The notes beneath the pieces were generated by a model, which saw only the letters and a program-made list of their open reading frames with translations, had not been told where the DNA came from and ran no database searches. The position numbers and the translations under genes are program-made. A stretch of DNA of 64,000 nucleotides from Phoronis australis (Eukaryota > Animalia > Phoronida): NCBI GenBank assembly GCA_002633005.1, contig NMRA01000273.1, forward strand, positions 501,582 to 565,581. Direction: 5' to 3'. Shown here one piece after another: positions 13,156 through 24,500 of this stretch (the stretch's first letter is position 1; each line of letters opens with the position of its first letter).

Positions 13156-13971
13156 CAGTTGCGGATCTAGGATATCACAAGGGGGCCCCAACATTTTGTC
13201 CGGCTGTAAGCATCTGCGCAAACTGAACCACGATTGTAGATGCGCATAGCGCCGAATGGGGGGAGGTCGGGAGGGGGGTTAACTACTGACCTCATACTAA
13301 AAGACCTACTTGTTTATGGTCCACAGCGTTTGCGCGCGAAACCTACTTCTTTTCGTAATGCTTTTTACACGTTTTATATTTTGTGCCATGAATTCTTAAC
13401 AAATTTGTCGTATTTAAAATAGTCATCAAATGCCCAAACGACCAAATCCGTTTTTCGTGTTGGCAATAATGACGGGATTGCTGTGGAAATCGTCTTAAGA
13501 TAAGGTTTGACAAAGAGAGTATTGCGAGTTTCTGAGTGATTCATTAAGGCTTCGATTAAAATTCACATCTTACCAGCAGCTTCTGTTTTCTCATCGTCAC
13601 TCAGGTTCCATTCTCTTTAAAAAATGAAGTAAATTTTCTTCATTGCACAGTGGAGCAGACGACGAAAACGGAGTCGTAGTGCGCAGCGCCACTGCCGGTC
13701 ACCTGGGATATCGCGGGAGAGCCTTATACTTAGCCATAGTTCCGTTACGAAAGCGCCGTGTTCCGAATTTGACACTTGAAATTGGGGTTTGAGCCCCTCC
13801 CCCCCCAAACACTAAAACTGCACACATTTAAATCTTTTTTCATCCGTATAATTTTAATTACCCGGGTTAATTAATAAACTCACCATTTCCCTACGCTCTT
13901 ACTGTTTTATTTTTTTGCGGCAGCCAAGGGGGGGGGGCCGGGCCCCCGGGGCCCCCCTAAATCCGCCTATG
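13156..13971. mobile_element. Non-autonomous TIR element, 5-bp TSD GGACC
   Basis: CAGTTGCGGATCTAGG at 13156 and CCTAAATCCGCCTATG ending 13971; ggacc at 13151-13155 and 13972-13976. Confidence 0.75.
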
Positions 13972-14971
13972 GGACCAAGGGTCACCCTACACATGAATCC
14001 GGGAAAGTACCAAGAATTATGATTGTCAGCACACAAACCGTTACATTACAAATTCAATGAAAACACCCCTTACCTGAGGTGGCGCTAGGTTCGTTTCACA
14101 GAAAAAAATCCTTTCCAGCAGTAACAACGTTTTCGTTGATCTTAATTGTAAAAGTGGATATTTACGAACAAACGTTCAAGTGATCGAAGTGCAAACGTTA
14201 GTTTGATTCAGTTGATGTTTAGTCATTTTCAAATCTCTCGTTAAGATGTGTAACGGTAGCGCTTCTTACTATAGATTAAAACTTTTTATAATCTATAAAT
14301 TTACTTAGATCCGATCTAACTATCTCCGCATGTAATCATATGCTGATATTTTCAGGCGAAAAACCATAACCGTCTTGTGATATCGGGCATCAAAGGCAAT
14401 GCAAAGCGGCCAGTTCTGTTTTTGAAAACTTCTGCCTTCCTTTTAGGCTAGTAAATTGTCCCTTGCCGAATTATATTTTTAAGTTACTCACGAAATGTCG
14501 TCGATTTTTCACGACATGTTTGACAGTTTTTAGTGAGCCCATAGATTAGAAAGACTCTCTATAACCATGCCCGTAGCCAGCATTGCACGGGGGGTGCTTC
14601 GAGTTTCTAGAACGGTGGAACTTCGATATTTTGCAAACTTCGACACTGTAGAGTTTTTGACGCAGCTTAATTAGAGGGAAGGGAAATTTGTATATACACC
14701 GATGACTCTCAGCTCTGTGTTCTTGAGATGAGATGGAATTCGCAATACCGCAAAGAACGGGACTCAAATTCGGACGTAATGTAAGAGGATATTCTCGCGT
14801 TACCTCCTGCCAAACTTTCAAATCAGGCGTGTTTAGTAATTGATTACACCTCATTACATACCCGGACGTAAATATTTAGTCGGAGAATGACTTAACGAAA
14901 TTTTTTATCTGGTTGTATTTTTGTGTGTTAAGCTACTTAAGTTGCTTACGTCGCTTGAAATGGGAACAGAC

Positions 14972-15047
14972 CACTATTTCGAAGGTTCACTACTCCGAAG
15001 GTTCACTATTGCGAAGGTTCACTACTTCGAAGGTTCACTACTCCGAA
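14972..15047 (+). repeat. 16-bp tandem repeat (gaaggttcactactcc) x~4.5
   Basis: Units start at 14981, 14997, 15013 and 15029. Confidence 0.9.
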
Positions 15048-15370
15048 AATATCTAAAATTACGGAATCAGGTGTAATTTTTAGACATTTTCATGCAAAAA
15101 TAAATGATACTTCGGTTATTAGATGCACTGAGTGGTGTACCTATGCCGAAAGCAACGCCTGAGTACTAAACCACTTTAGTCATGAATTATCAACTACGAT
15201 ACATTCGTCAAATGCATGTCAAGATCGCATCCTTTCACAGCGGTGTACCTATACCGAAAACAACTTGACGCCCGAGTACTAAAGCACTTTGTTTATGGAT
15301 TTCATGCTCATGCGAAATTGCCCGCATGTCTTACGAATACAAAAAATGAGTACGTACTTGCATTTTTAAG

Positions 15371-15423
15371 CCAAGGGGGGGGGGGGCGGGCGGGCCCCCT
15401 GGCCCCCCCTAAATCCGCCTATG
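15371..15423. mobile_element. Orphan right end of the 13156-13971 family
   Basis: ccaaggggggg...ccccctaaatccgcctatg matches 13924-13971. Confidence 0.65.
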
Positions 15424-15526
15424 CGTTTCTAGACAATTGAAAAGTACCAAAATAATGAGTAAAGGCAAAATATGCCTAAGCATATATGTATTCCGCCGCA
15501 CATCTCCAAACTTTGGAGCAGATAAG

Positions 15527-17218
15527 CAGTAGCGGATCTACGGGGGGGGGTTCAGGGGGTTTAAGCCCCCCCCCTCGGGCCAGGACCCAAAAATTAAAAA
15601 AAAGACAAAAGCGTATCCAGCAAAACAAAAACGGCACCGCCAGCGTGTGTAAACCCCAAGTAAACCAACTTGTAGAAAATTGAGGGGGGGGTTCACTCTG
15701 AAAATATAGTTTTTTTGCATTGTGAATTGCCGAGTCTTTGTGGCTCATCGGCAAAACGCGCGGGGATTAATTGTGCGCGCGCTTCCGTCGATACTTCTGA
15801 AGTAGCCAAGCATTTTAGATGGATTCACCGCTGAAACAGCAATTCTATAGCTGATTTCTTTTGGTAACTAGCTTCTTTACTCTAAGATATATTTTGATTT
15901 GATTAGGGAAAATACTGCGGTGCCGCAACCCTGATATTCAGGCGAATTGACGTGCAACGTTTTTACCTCATCTGTCATGCCGTGTCGTTCTATTACAATC
16001 CACACGTTTGTAACTGATGTATAGTAAATTTGTGTTGCGCAATATCATACAATGTACATGTACAGGTACATGTAATATTGTGTACATGTACATGTAATAT
16101 TTTTGAAAAAAATTCTTTTTCCGAAGAATTGCTATTGTGGCGGGCGCCGTGGTCTGGTCGCGAGTCCGTTTGAAGACACACTCTGTAACAAGTTATGTCT
16201 ATACAAGGAATGACCAAGGGGGGCACTCACATTGAGAAAGTGACCGCATTCGCGAAAAGTGTACAGTACCAGAAATTGCGGGGAGGCTGTTCTTTCACAA
16301 CAAAGTCTTGCGGGCCTCGTGCGATGTTCAATAGGCCTCCTAAGGAGCCCTAGTTCCGACCTCAACACCTACCGTCGGTCTACCTGCAATAAGCACACTG
16401 CCGTCTTCCATACTGGGAATTTTGGCACAAAGGCTCACCCGATGAAACGCTCATGCCCATGGGCATTTATTTGATATTAGTACTTCGGGTTTCAAGCGTT
16501 CAGACAATGTGACGTTTATTTCGGAAATTGCAAGAGATGCAAATAGGTCCTGGGATGCTTCGTCAAGGTTTGAAGTAGTCCATGATGAACGGATCAAATT
16601 TAGTTGCGCATGTAAGTCTTTTGAATGGACTTGGCAACCTCAAGGGTCTTATTGTCAACTGAGCTGCGAAACGAGAAGCTGANNNNNNNNNNNNNNNNNN
16701 NNNNNNNNNNNNNNNNNNNNNNNNNNNNNNNNNNNNNNNNNNNNNNNNNNNNNNNNNNNNNNNNNNNNNNNNNNNNNNNNNNNNNNNNNNNNNNNNNNNN
16801 NNNNNNNNNNNNNNNNNNNNNNNNNNNNNNNNNNNNNNNNNNNNNNNNNNNNNNNNNNNNNNNNNNNNNNNNNNNNNNNNNNNNNNNNNNNNNNNNNNNN
16901 NNNNNNNNNNNNNNNNNNNNNNNNNNNNNNNNNNNNNNNNNNNNACAATATGGTTTCACGAAACTTATGAGCCAAGTTCATGTGACGAAATCGAGAAGGG
17001 TTTTTAATTATCTTAAGAAAAACTCCAGAGACATGTTAAGTGCCAGAAACTTACCAGGATGCATGGAAATTTCACTATCTGGCTACAAAAACAAAAAATA
17101 TCTTACACGGGAGGGGAAACCCACCTGCCGACCTCCCCCCGCTCGGCGCCACGCGCCTAGGATTCGACCTTGGCGGGAATCTTAAACCCCCCTTGCTGAA
17201 ATCGTAGATCCGCCACTG
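15527..17218. mobile_element. Non-autonomous TIR element, 16-bp TIR, 5-bp TSD ATAAG (contains an N gap)
   Basis: CAGTAGCGGATCTACG / CGTAGATCCGCCACTG; ataag at 15522-15526 and 17219-17223. Confidence 0.85.
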
Positions 17219-17509
17219 ATAAGTATACTGAATATAGTTTTTTGGAAAGAAATAAAAATAAAACGTTTTATTTTAGTTAATTTATTTTTGTTTTATATTT
17301 AACATTAGTTTTATATGAGTGTTAATCCAAAGTTTTATGTGATGAACTGTTTGATGCTGTATATCTTGTGCCTGCACCACGCTTATACACAGGCAATGGT
17401 CTAAGTAGTAAATGAAGACGCAACACAGCTTTTTGCCTGTGCACGACGACAAGCCATCTGTTGATCAATTGGCAAACTAAAATGGCAGACGATTTTAGTT
17501 GTTGGTGAA

Positions 17510-18337
17510 ATGTCACTGGAAGAGGATTTATCAGAAGAATTTAATGACTCTGATGACACGATGCCAAAGATAAACAAGAAGAAGCGCAAGCGAACTGTTA
17601 TAGGAACAGAACAACTAGTAGCCCTTGAGAAAGCATTCAGCAGTGAACAATGGCCTACCAGAGATACGAAGTTGCAACTGGCTGCTCAAATTGGTGCATC
17701 AAAGAAATTTGTTGCCGTCTGGTTTCAAAACAAGCGGGCAAAACTCAGAAAGGAAAACATCAAAGAAGAAACGCCAGACAACACACCTGTTGTATGCACC
17801 ACCGTGAAACTTCCAATTGCTCGTAATAAACCCAACGCGCCTGCATCCAAACCAGTGAAGTCGACTACTAAATTGCCAGCTCAATGCAAAGCAGTTTATC
17901 CGAAGCTGACAAACTTGACAAAGGCAAAAGCAACAGGTTGCCCAACGCAAAGCACATCCCAAGAGAACAAAGCAAAAGACGCACCAGTGATTATCGCTAG
18001 TCCCGTATCTGTCGTGAAGCCTGTACAGTGCTCATCAACTGGGACTAGTGGGCCTAGTCAAAATGTACCGCAAAACAGCATCAAGCTAAAGCTGGCCAAA
18101 TTATCCATGTCTAATCCAAACGTAATGGAAGTAGAATGGACAGCTAACTCGGTGCCAATCTTCACAAAAGCAATGGAGACTCCATGGTCTTCAGTGAATA
18201 CAGCAACCGAGTCCAGTTCACAACCTAGAATAATTGCGCCAGTTGCTTCGACTGGGTCCTCTGTTTTAAAGCCCGCTGCAGCTGCTGCTGAAATCCCGGG
18301 TTTACTTATTCAACAACAAAAAAGTAATACAAAAGAG
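17510..18337 (+). CDS. Divergent homeobox gene, exon 1 (homeodomain 17579-17758; the unspliced ORF would stop at 18346)
   Basis: 278-aa ORF with KKRKRTVIGTEQLVALEKAFSSEQWPTRDTKLQLAAQIGASKKFVAVWFQNKRAKLRKE (R5, L16, F20, W48 F49 Q50 N51 R53), an acidic N-terminus and a P/S/T/K-rich tail. Candidate donor GAG|gtacta at 18337. Confidence 0.9.
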
Positions 18338-19619
18338 GTACTATGAGTGTGACAAGGCTATGAGGTGGCCACTGACGTGGTGATAACAGTGATACGGAAC
18401 ACCAATAGGTTATTATTTATATGGATAAACAAAGTGGACATAGTATTTTCTATTCTGAATTAATATCTCTGCTGAACCAAAAACAACTCGAGTTATTTTT
18501 TGGTCTTGCACATTAAGGAAAATAATGTTTTGGATCATTTTTAATTCTGGCAAATAAGAAAATTGTGGTTTTGAGGTATCTTTATTTTTGGTCCTTCAGA
18601 GTTAAAATGTTTTGGCCATTTTTAAATCTTGCATAGCGGCGTGTCCTGGAATTTCATCCTTTGGCTTTCCGTAATTATTCAATCAAAGAGGCAAAACATA
18701 AAATATGACAAGCGAAGTAAGTTGAAGGGTTTAACTAAAATATTCATGAAGGTAGAAAGTTGGCCACAAAATAATGAACTAAACCCCCTTAGACTAAGAA
18801 AATAGCCCACTGCACCTAATGCGCGGGCATTGTTCTTTCTTAAACTTCTTGGTAATGCAATTGCAGTTTCTGGTTTTGCGAATTACTGAAACAAACATCG
18901 ACGAGAGGCCTGCCATAAAATCTGAGTCAATAGTTAGATTATTAGGATGCATTCACAAATGTTGACAAATGACTTTCGCGAACGATCCGGCCAAATGCAT
19001 CATAGTTTGCAAACTGCAATATTGATAATATATGTCCTGTCTGCATGTAAACAACACAACCAATTTGCTATGGAAGATATTGCCAGATTCGTTACTATCA
19101 TGAAAGATCAATAAAGCCTTTAAATGAAAAAAATCTAGTTCAGCGCGATTTCCAGTCAATATTCAAGTAGGTCTATCTTGTCTTGGTATTCCTCCACTGA
19201 TGCGGAAGCCATAATTTGCATTGTTTGTTTAACCAATGTAAAACTTAGGAAATGAGAAAATAAATAAAAGCTTGATGCTGAGGATTTTAATTGCCATATT
19301 CGTGATGTATTTGTAATATTTGTAAAATATTACAAATACGTGACTTAAGCCGAGAATTATTTTGTTTATGATGCAATGAATGCATGGGTGCTAAGTCTGA
19401 GGCAATTGAGGCCTAGAGCAATTTTGTTCATGATGGATTACGTAAGATAATTGAGAGATTTCATTAAGTTATCACTAGATTTGAGATTTCGCTCTCGTGA
19501 GCATTCATGGTTAAGTACAATACAAACTTTGGGTAATCCTACAATATTAAATTAGCAGGCCAAATTGGGAATGGATGCATACACAAGCTCACTTCACAGA
19601 TCAGTTTATATATTTCCAG

Positions 19620-19719
19620 CCCATGATTGGATATTCTTGTGGATTTGGTCCAACACAGACGCCGCCTCCACCAAACACATTACTACACAGTATTGTTGGA
19701 ATGATGGCTATGGCCGAAG
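19620..19719 (+). CDS. Putative homeobox gene exon 2
   Basis: tatttccag|CCC ATG...GCC GAA G|gtatgc; phase 0 to 1, compatible with both neighbours; PMIGYSCGFGPTQTPPPPNTLLHSIVGMMAMAE. Confidence 0.55.
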
Positions 19720-19930
19720 GTATGCTTGCCATGACCTATGGCACACCTAACTGGTATATTCATATTATCTGAACTTAACAGGCCAAGCACCTCACGTCCA
19801 TCTGTTCTTAGCATGTTTACAAAATTTGGAATTTCTTTGGTGTACGATAGTATTGTGGTAAACAGTGAGTTGCTGTAGTTTCTTAGTCAATCTTGAGCTT
19901 TGTGTATATAAGTATACAGTGCTCTTCTTA

Positions 19931-20082
19931 ATTTTGTTTTCAGGTGGGCTAATTCATCCAGGTAATCCACAATTTGATTCATTTTGTTTTCAGGTGGGCT
20001 AATTCATCCAGGTAATCCACAATTTGATTCATTTTGTTTTCAGGTGGGCTAATTCATCCAGGTAATCCACAATTTGATTCAT
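19931..20082 (+). repeat. Perfect 50-bp tandem repeat x3 spanning a splice acceptor
   Basis: attttgttttcaggtgggctaattcatccaggtaatccacaatttgattc at 19931, 19981 and 20031. Confidence 0.97.
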
Positions 20083-20183
20083 GTGTGAATTCATTCTTGT
20101 ATGGAATCAAGATAGCTGGCAACCATCGGCTGATCTATACTAAAGGTGTTGGTCTAGATGTGGAACAACTCCCAGACGACTGA
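20044..20183 (+). CDS. Putative homeobox gene terminal exon
   Basis: ttttcag|GT GGG CTA... open in phase 1: GGLIHPGNPQFDSCVNSFLYGIKIAGNHRLIYTKGVGLDVEQLPDD*. Confidence 0.5.
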
Positions 20184-21388
20184 GTCTCTTCTTGTGAGAA
20201 GACTTCACCATTGCCAGCTTCACGTCCTGATACACTGCTGCAGAGTATAGGAACCGGCCCACGTTTTTCTCAGAAGTTCCTTGTAAAACAGTTCAACTAT
20301 ACAAAGTAGGATGAAGCACAAACTAGGGTTCAGTTGGATCACTTCTTTAAAGCGATGGAACATGACATCTACCAGTAGCGTGCATGCACTATTAATGTTG
20401 TGACAAAGATGTTAAACAAGTCCAGTTGTCATTTGGTAACTCTTCTGAAGAAGTAATTCAACTCCTGAAATAATACACAGTGAAGTTTTGACCTTCACAG
20501 GTGACCTTACAAATGCTTGAAGTGCAGATATTTTTTACTCATTCAAACAATATTGCTTGGTTTTCTCTCAAGTTCACTCTTTGTTCAGTTTATGTACACA
20601 CTACTACATTAAAAAGTTGAAGGTCTGACATCGCCACAAATTTGTACTACTGCACTTACACATGTGCACCTTCACAAAAACAAAAATGCAACTTAATGCA
20701 AGACATTCAGTACATTAAAAGCTTTATTGCCAATTTCAAACATCAAGTGAACAATGCCTTATGTGCTGATTTTGACTAAACGTACATTATACGTTCAAAT
20801 TACATTATGCAGTTCAAATTTTCATACTTTTTGTTTTTTAATTGATTGTAATGCACTCAAAGAAATTGCCACAACACTATTTTGCATCCACCATCTCCAG
20901 CTCTAGAAGTACAAAACCCATTTCTCATTAACTTTAGTCCACCGTGGTTTGCATTGCAACCGAGGTAGCTAAAACATTCACAATGCAAAGACTAGAATAA
21001 TGATAAGTTAAAGACTAAAAAGACTAAGTTATGTAAATGTTTCAAAATGTCCAAAAATGACCTCCCCACACAGCACATCTACAAACAGCAGAGCATATCT
21101 TCAAATCAAACCTGAAATCCTTTCCAGAACAGTACATGTCAACGTCGCACACAATTTTTATCTCTGCTCATCAAGAGCACTGATAACACCTTACACTAAT
21201 ATATTCAATTGTATGTCTAAATTTTGATCTTGCACAATGTCGTACCAAAACATGCTGTTGAGGATTAGCAATATAGTAAATGTGAATTTCATTATCATAG
21301 AGACTCTTAAAATTGACTATAATTCTAACATACAAAGAGGTAAATTGCAAAGAATCAAAAACATAAATACTCAGATCTGTCATCACTT

Positions 21389-21517
21389 CTATTCGTTAAT
21401 TTGCCACTGTAATATGGCCATGTCCTTTCCACCCACTGACAGTAATCGTGAATCATCGTACAGGAAACGAACATTGGTCACGTGGCTGCTGTGTCCTCCG
21501 TAGCTTCGACTTGGGGC
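21389..21517 (-). CDS. EML: EML terminal exon
   Basis: APSRSYGGHSSHVTNVRFLYDDSRLLSVGGKDMAILQWQINE*; acceptor ctgcag. Confidence 0.95.
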   Translation of the reverse strand, partial: APSRSYGGHSSHVTNVRFLYDDSRLLSVGGKDMAILQWQINE

Positions 21518-24500
21518 CTGCAGAAAGCGCAAATAAAAGTACATCAATTCTATATTGATGAACATACACCTACACAAGGCTTCAGAGGTCTAACACATTA
21601 AAGAACCAAATTCGTTTTGCCATTATGAAAACGTCCCATACGCTTTGTAGTGACATCTGGTTTTGCTTTTGTTTGCATCAGATCTCGAATGATTCACTTT
21701 AAAACCAGATGGCAGTCTGGTCCACTTGGGACAAACAATGCAGTGTGCAACATGACGCATCTAGGGTTGTTAATTTATGGTACTAATTTCACAATAGACT
21801 GGTGTCTAGAGATATTGAAGGGTGGGTCAATCGGGCAATAAACTTGTATTCTATCAAAGAAGCAAATTTTTGATTTGGACTGCTTACTGCTATAAAATTG
21901 GTCTCAACTTGATCCTTAAATCCGATGAGAAGTTATTTCTGGGTTTGCACGTTCAAATGACATAAAAGTTATGTGAACAGGATGTACCTTCAGATGACAG
22001 CAAGGGTATGTAAACAGGTTAACCTTTCCGTAGTCATCAGCAGAAGCCACAAGAGTCTGGTTGTTAGATCTGGTGCAGGCGTTCACATCTGTGCCATCAG
22101 CATTCTCTGGCCATATACCTACAACAGGCTGGACTTTGTAAGACAGGGAAGGTTAGCGAACGATGACCATATACCAACAACACGCAGGACTGACTTGGTA
22201 CAAGAAAGGTCAGTTAAGATGACTGAATTTATTTAAAATTATAAACCTCCAATGTAAATGAAAACGGCCAAAACAACTTATAACACTAGTTCTTCCAGGC
22301 AGCCCACTTCACTGAAAACATACAAAATTCACTAGATGGCGCTAGTGTAACAACAGTCCTGCCTGCAGAAATGCCATGTATTCAAGTAGTCATTTGGGAT
22401 CCTTGTCCTAAAACACCCCCCCCCTCATGCTGATGAACAACTTTCTGTTCTAAATCTATTCAAAGTGTTAAAAAGAGGAACCTCTCTTCATTAGCACTGA
22501 GCATCGAGTCGCCCATTGACTCGCATTGTTTTATTCTCAATGTTTACAAGATGACTAAACATTGTAATAAAAAACAAATGCCATGCACAAACAACAAAGT
22601 AATAAAATACAAAAAATACAATACTTCGAATGACTAATTCGATCTGAGTGAAATTTGACATGACCATGATCTCGTTAGGACAGTTATTACTGAAAAGTTT
22701 AGAATGCTGCATAACCACTGCAACGTTTAGGCTAGACAAAGAGAACAGAGATGGAAATACAATTCACAAGATAGCTGTTGAAGAATAAAAATGTAATTCA
22801 CAAGAGTTAAAGTGACATTATTAGTGATGAATTCTTTTTTAATGTCAGCCCCAGCGCATAATTGAACTGAAAACTGTCGCCTTGCACTCAAATCCTCTGA
22901 TCGCTGAGCTAAACTTCACTCAGAAAATGGAGGAATATTTCACATGTATTTAACAGGTAAATTGACTGGCCTTGATTTCAGCGAATGTCTGGCAAACAAC
23001 GACAAGAATAGCGGAGTTGCAACCAAATCGATTTAACAATTGCGCATGTCCGGAAATTAGGGCGTGCAAAGCCTATTGGGATTGATGAACGTATGTGGAA
23101 TGGCCGATTGGTTTGCACGACGTCTGAACTGTGTGCATTAAACTACGCTGCTGTTTGTAATTCTGCCGCTATTTGCCCAGAATAAGCGCCCATGCCCTTA
23201 TAAGTGCCCTCAAGCATATTTGTTTACTGAATTATACCGCTATAACTACAATGCAACATTTTCAATATGGCGGTGTTGCAACTCCGCTATTGGCGGTTTG
23301 TAACAACATCACAAAAACAACGGATTGCATTGTTTTGTAGCCCTGGTCATAGCTAATGTCTACCATTCAACAAAAATCCCAATATTGTGTTTTTTTTTGT
23401 GCGTAAAAACGATAATGTCCCTTCAACTCAAGAAGGCTTCTGATTTTAACTACTTACAGGTTTATTTTTGTCAAACTAAAGTAACCAGTACCTAAGCCAT
23501 GTTTCAAGTGAACTCACCGGCCACAGTGAAGTCCAGAGTACAGTTCTGAGTCGCCCATTCCGTATCCTTCAGAGTGCTTGACTGGAACACCTGTTTACAT
23601 GAGCTGCCTGACCCTGTGGTTAGTCATAGATTATCAATGTATGTACAATATTTACTTACTGAACAATACTTCACACAACCAAACATTTTATATCACANGA
23701 TCCTTGTCCTAAAACACACCCCTCATGCTGATGAACAACTTTCTGTTCTCAATCTGTTCAATGTGTTAAAAAGAGGAACCTCTCTTCATTAGCACTGAGC
23801 ATCGAGTCGCCCATTGACTTGCATTATTTTATTCTCAATGTTTACAAGATGACTAAAAATTATTGTAATAAAAAACAAATGTCATGTGCAAACAACAGAG
23901 TAATAAAATACAAAAATACAATACTTCGAACGACTAATTCGTTCCGAGTGAAATTCGATATGACAGTGATCTCTTTAGAACAATTATTACTGAAAAGTTT
24001 AGAATGCTGCATAACCACTGTGACGTTTAGGCCAGACAAAGGGAACATAGATGGAAATACAATTCACAAGATAACTGTTGGAGAATAAAAATATAATTCA
24101 TGAGATAACTGGCACAGAACAAAAATATCCAATCAAGTTAAGGCGACATTATTAGTGATGAATTTTTTTAATGTCAGCGCAGAATTGAACTGAAAACTGT
24201 CGTGTCGCAGTCAAATCCTCTGGTCGCTGAGCTAAACTCCACTTGGAAAATGGAGAAATATTTCAAGTGTATTTAACAGGTAAATTGACTGGCCTTGATT
24301 TCAGCGAATGTCTGGCAAACAAACTACGAGAATTGGCGATTTGTAACTACATCATAAAAACGCAACGAATTGTATTGTTTTATAGCCCTGGTCATAGCTA
24401 ATGTCTATACAATTCAACAAGAATCACAATATTGTATTTTCCGTGCGTAAAAACGATAATGTCCCTTCAACTCAAAAAGGCTTCTGATTTTAACTATTTA

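Noticed and set aside
16600-17185. ORFs crossing the N gap; KTYMRN resemblance to a hAT C-terminus
   Set aside because: ORF length is a gap artefact and the motif is too short to call.
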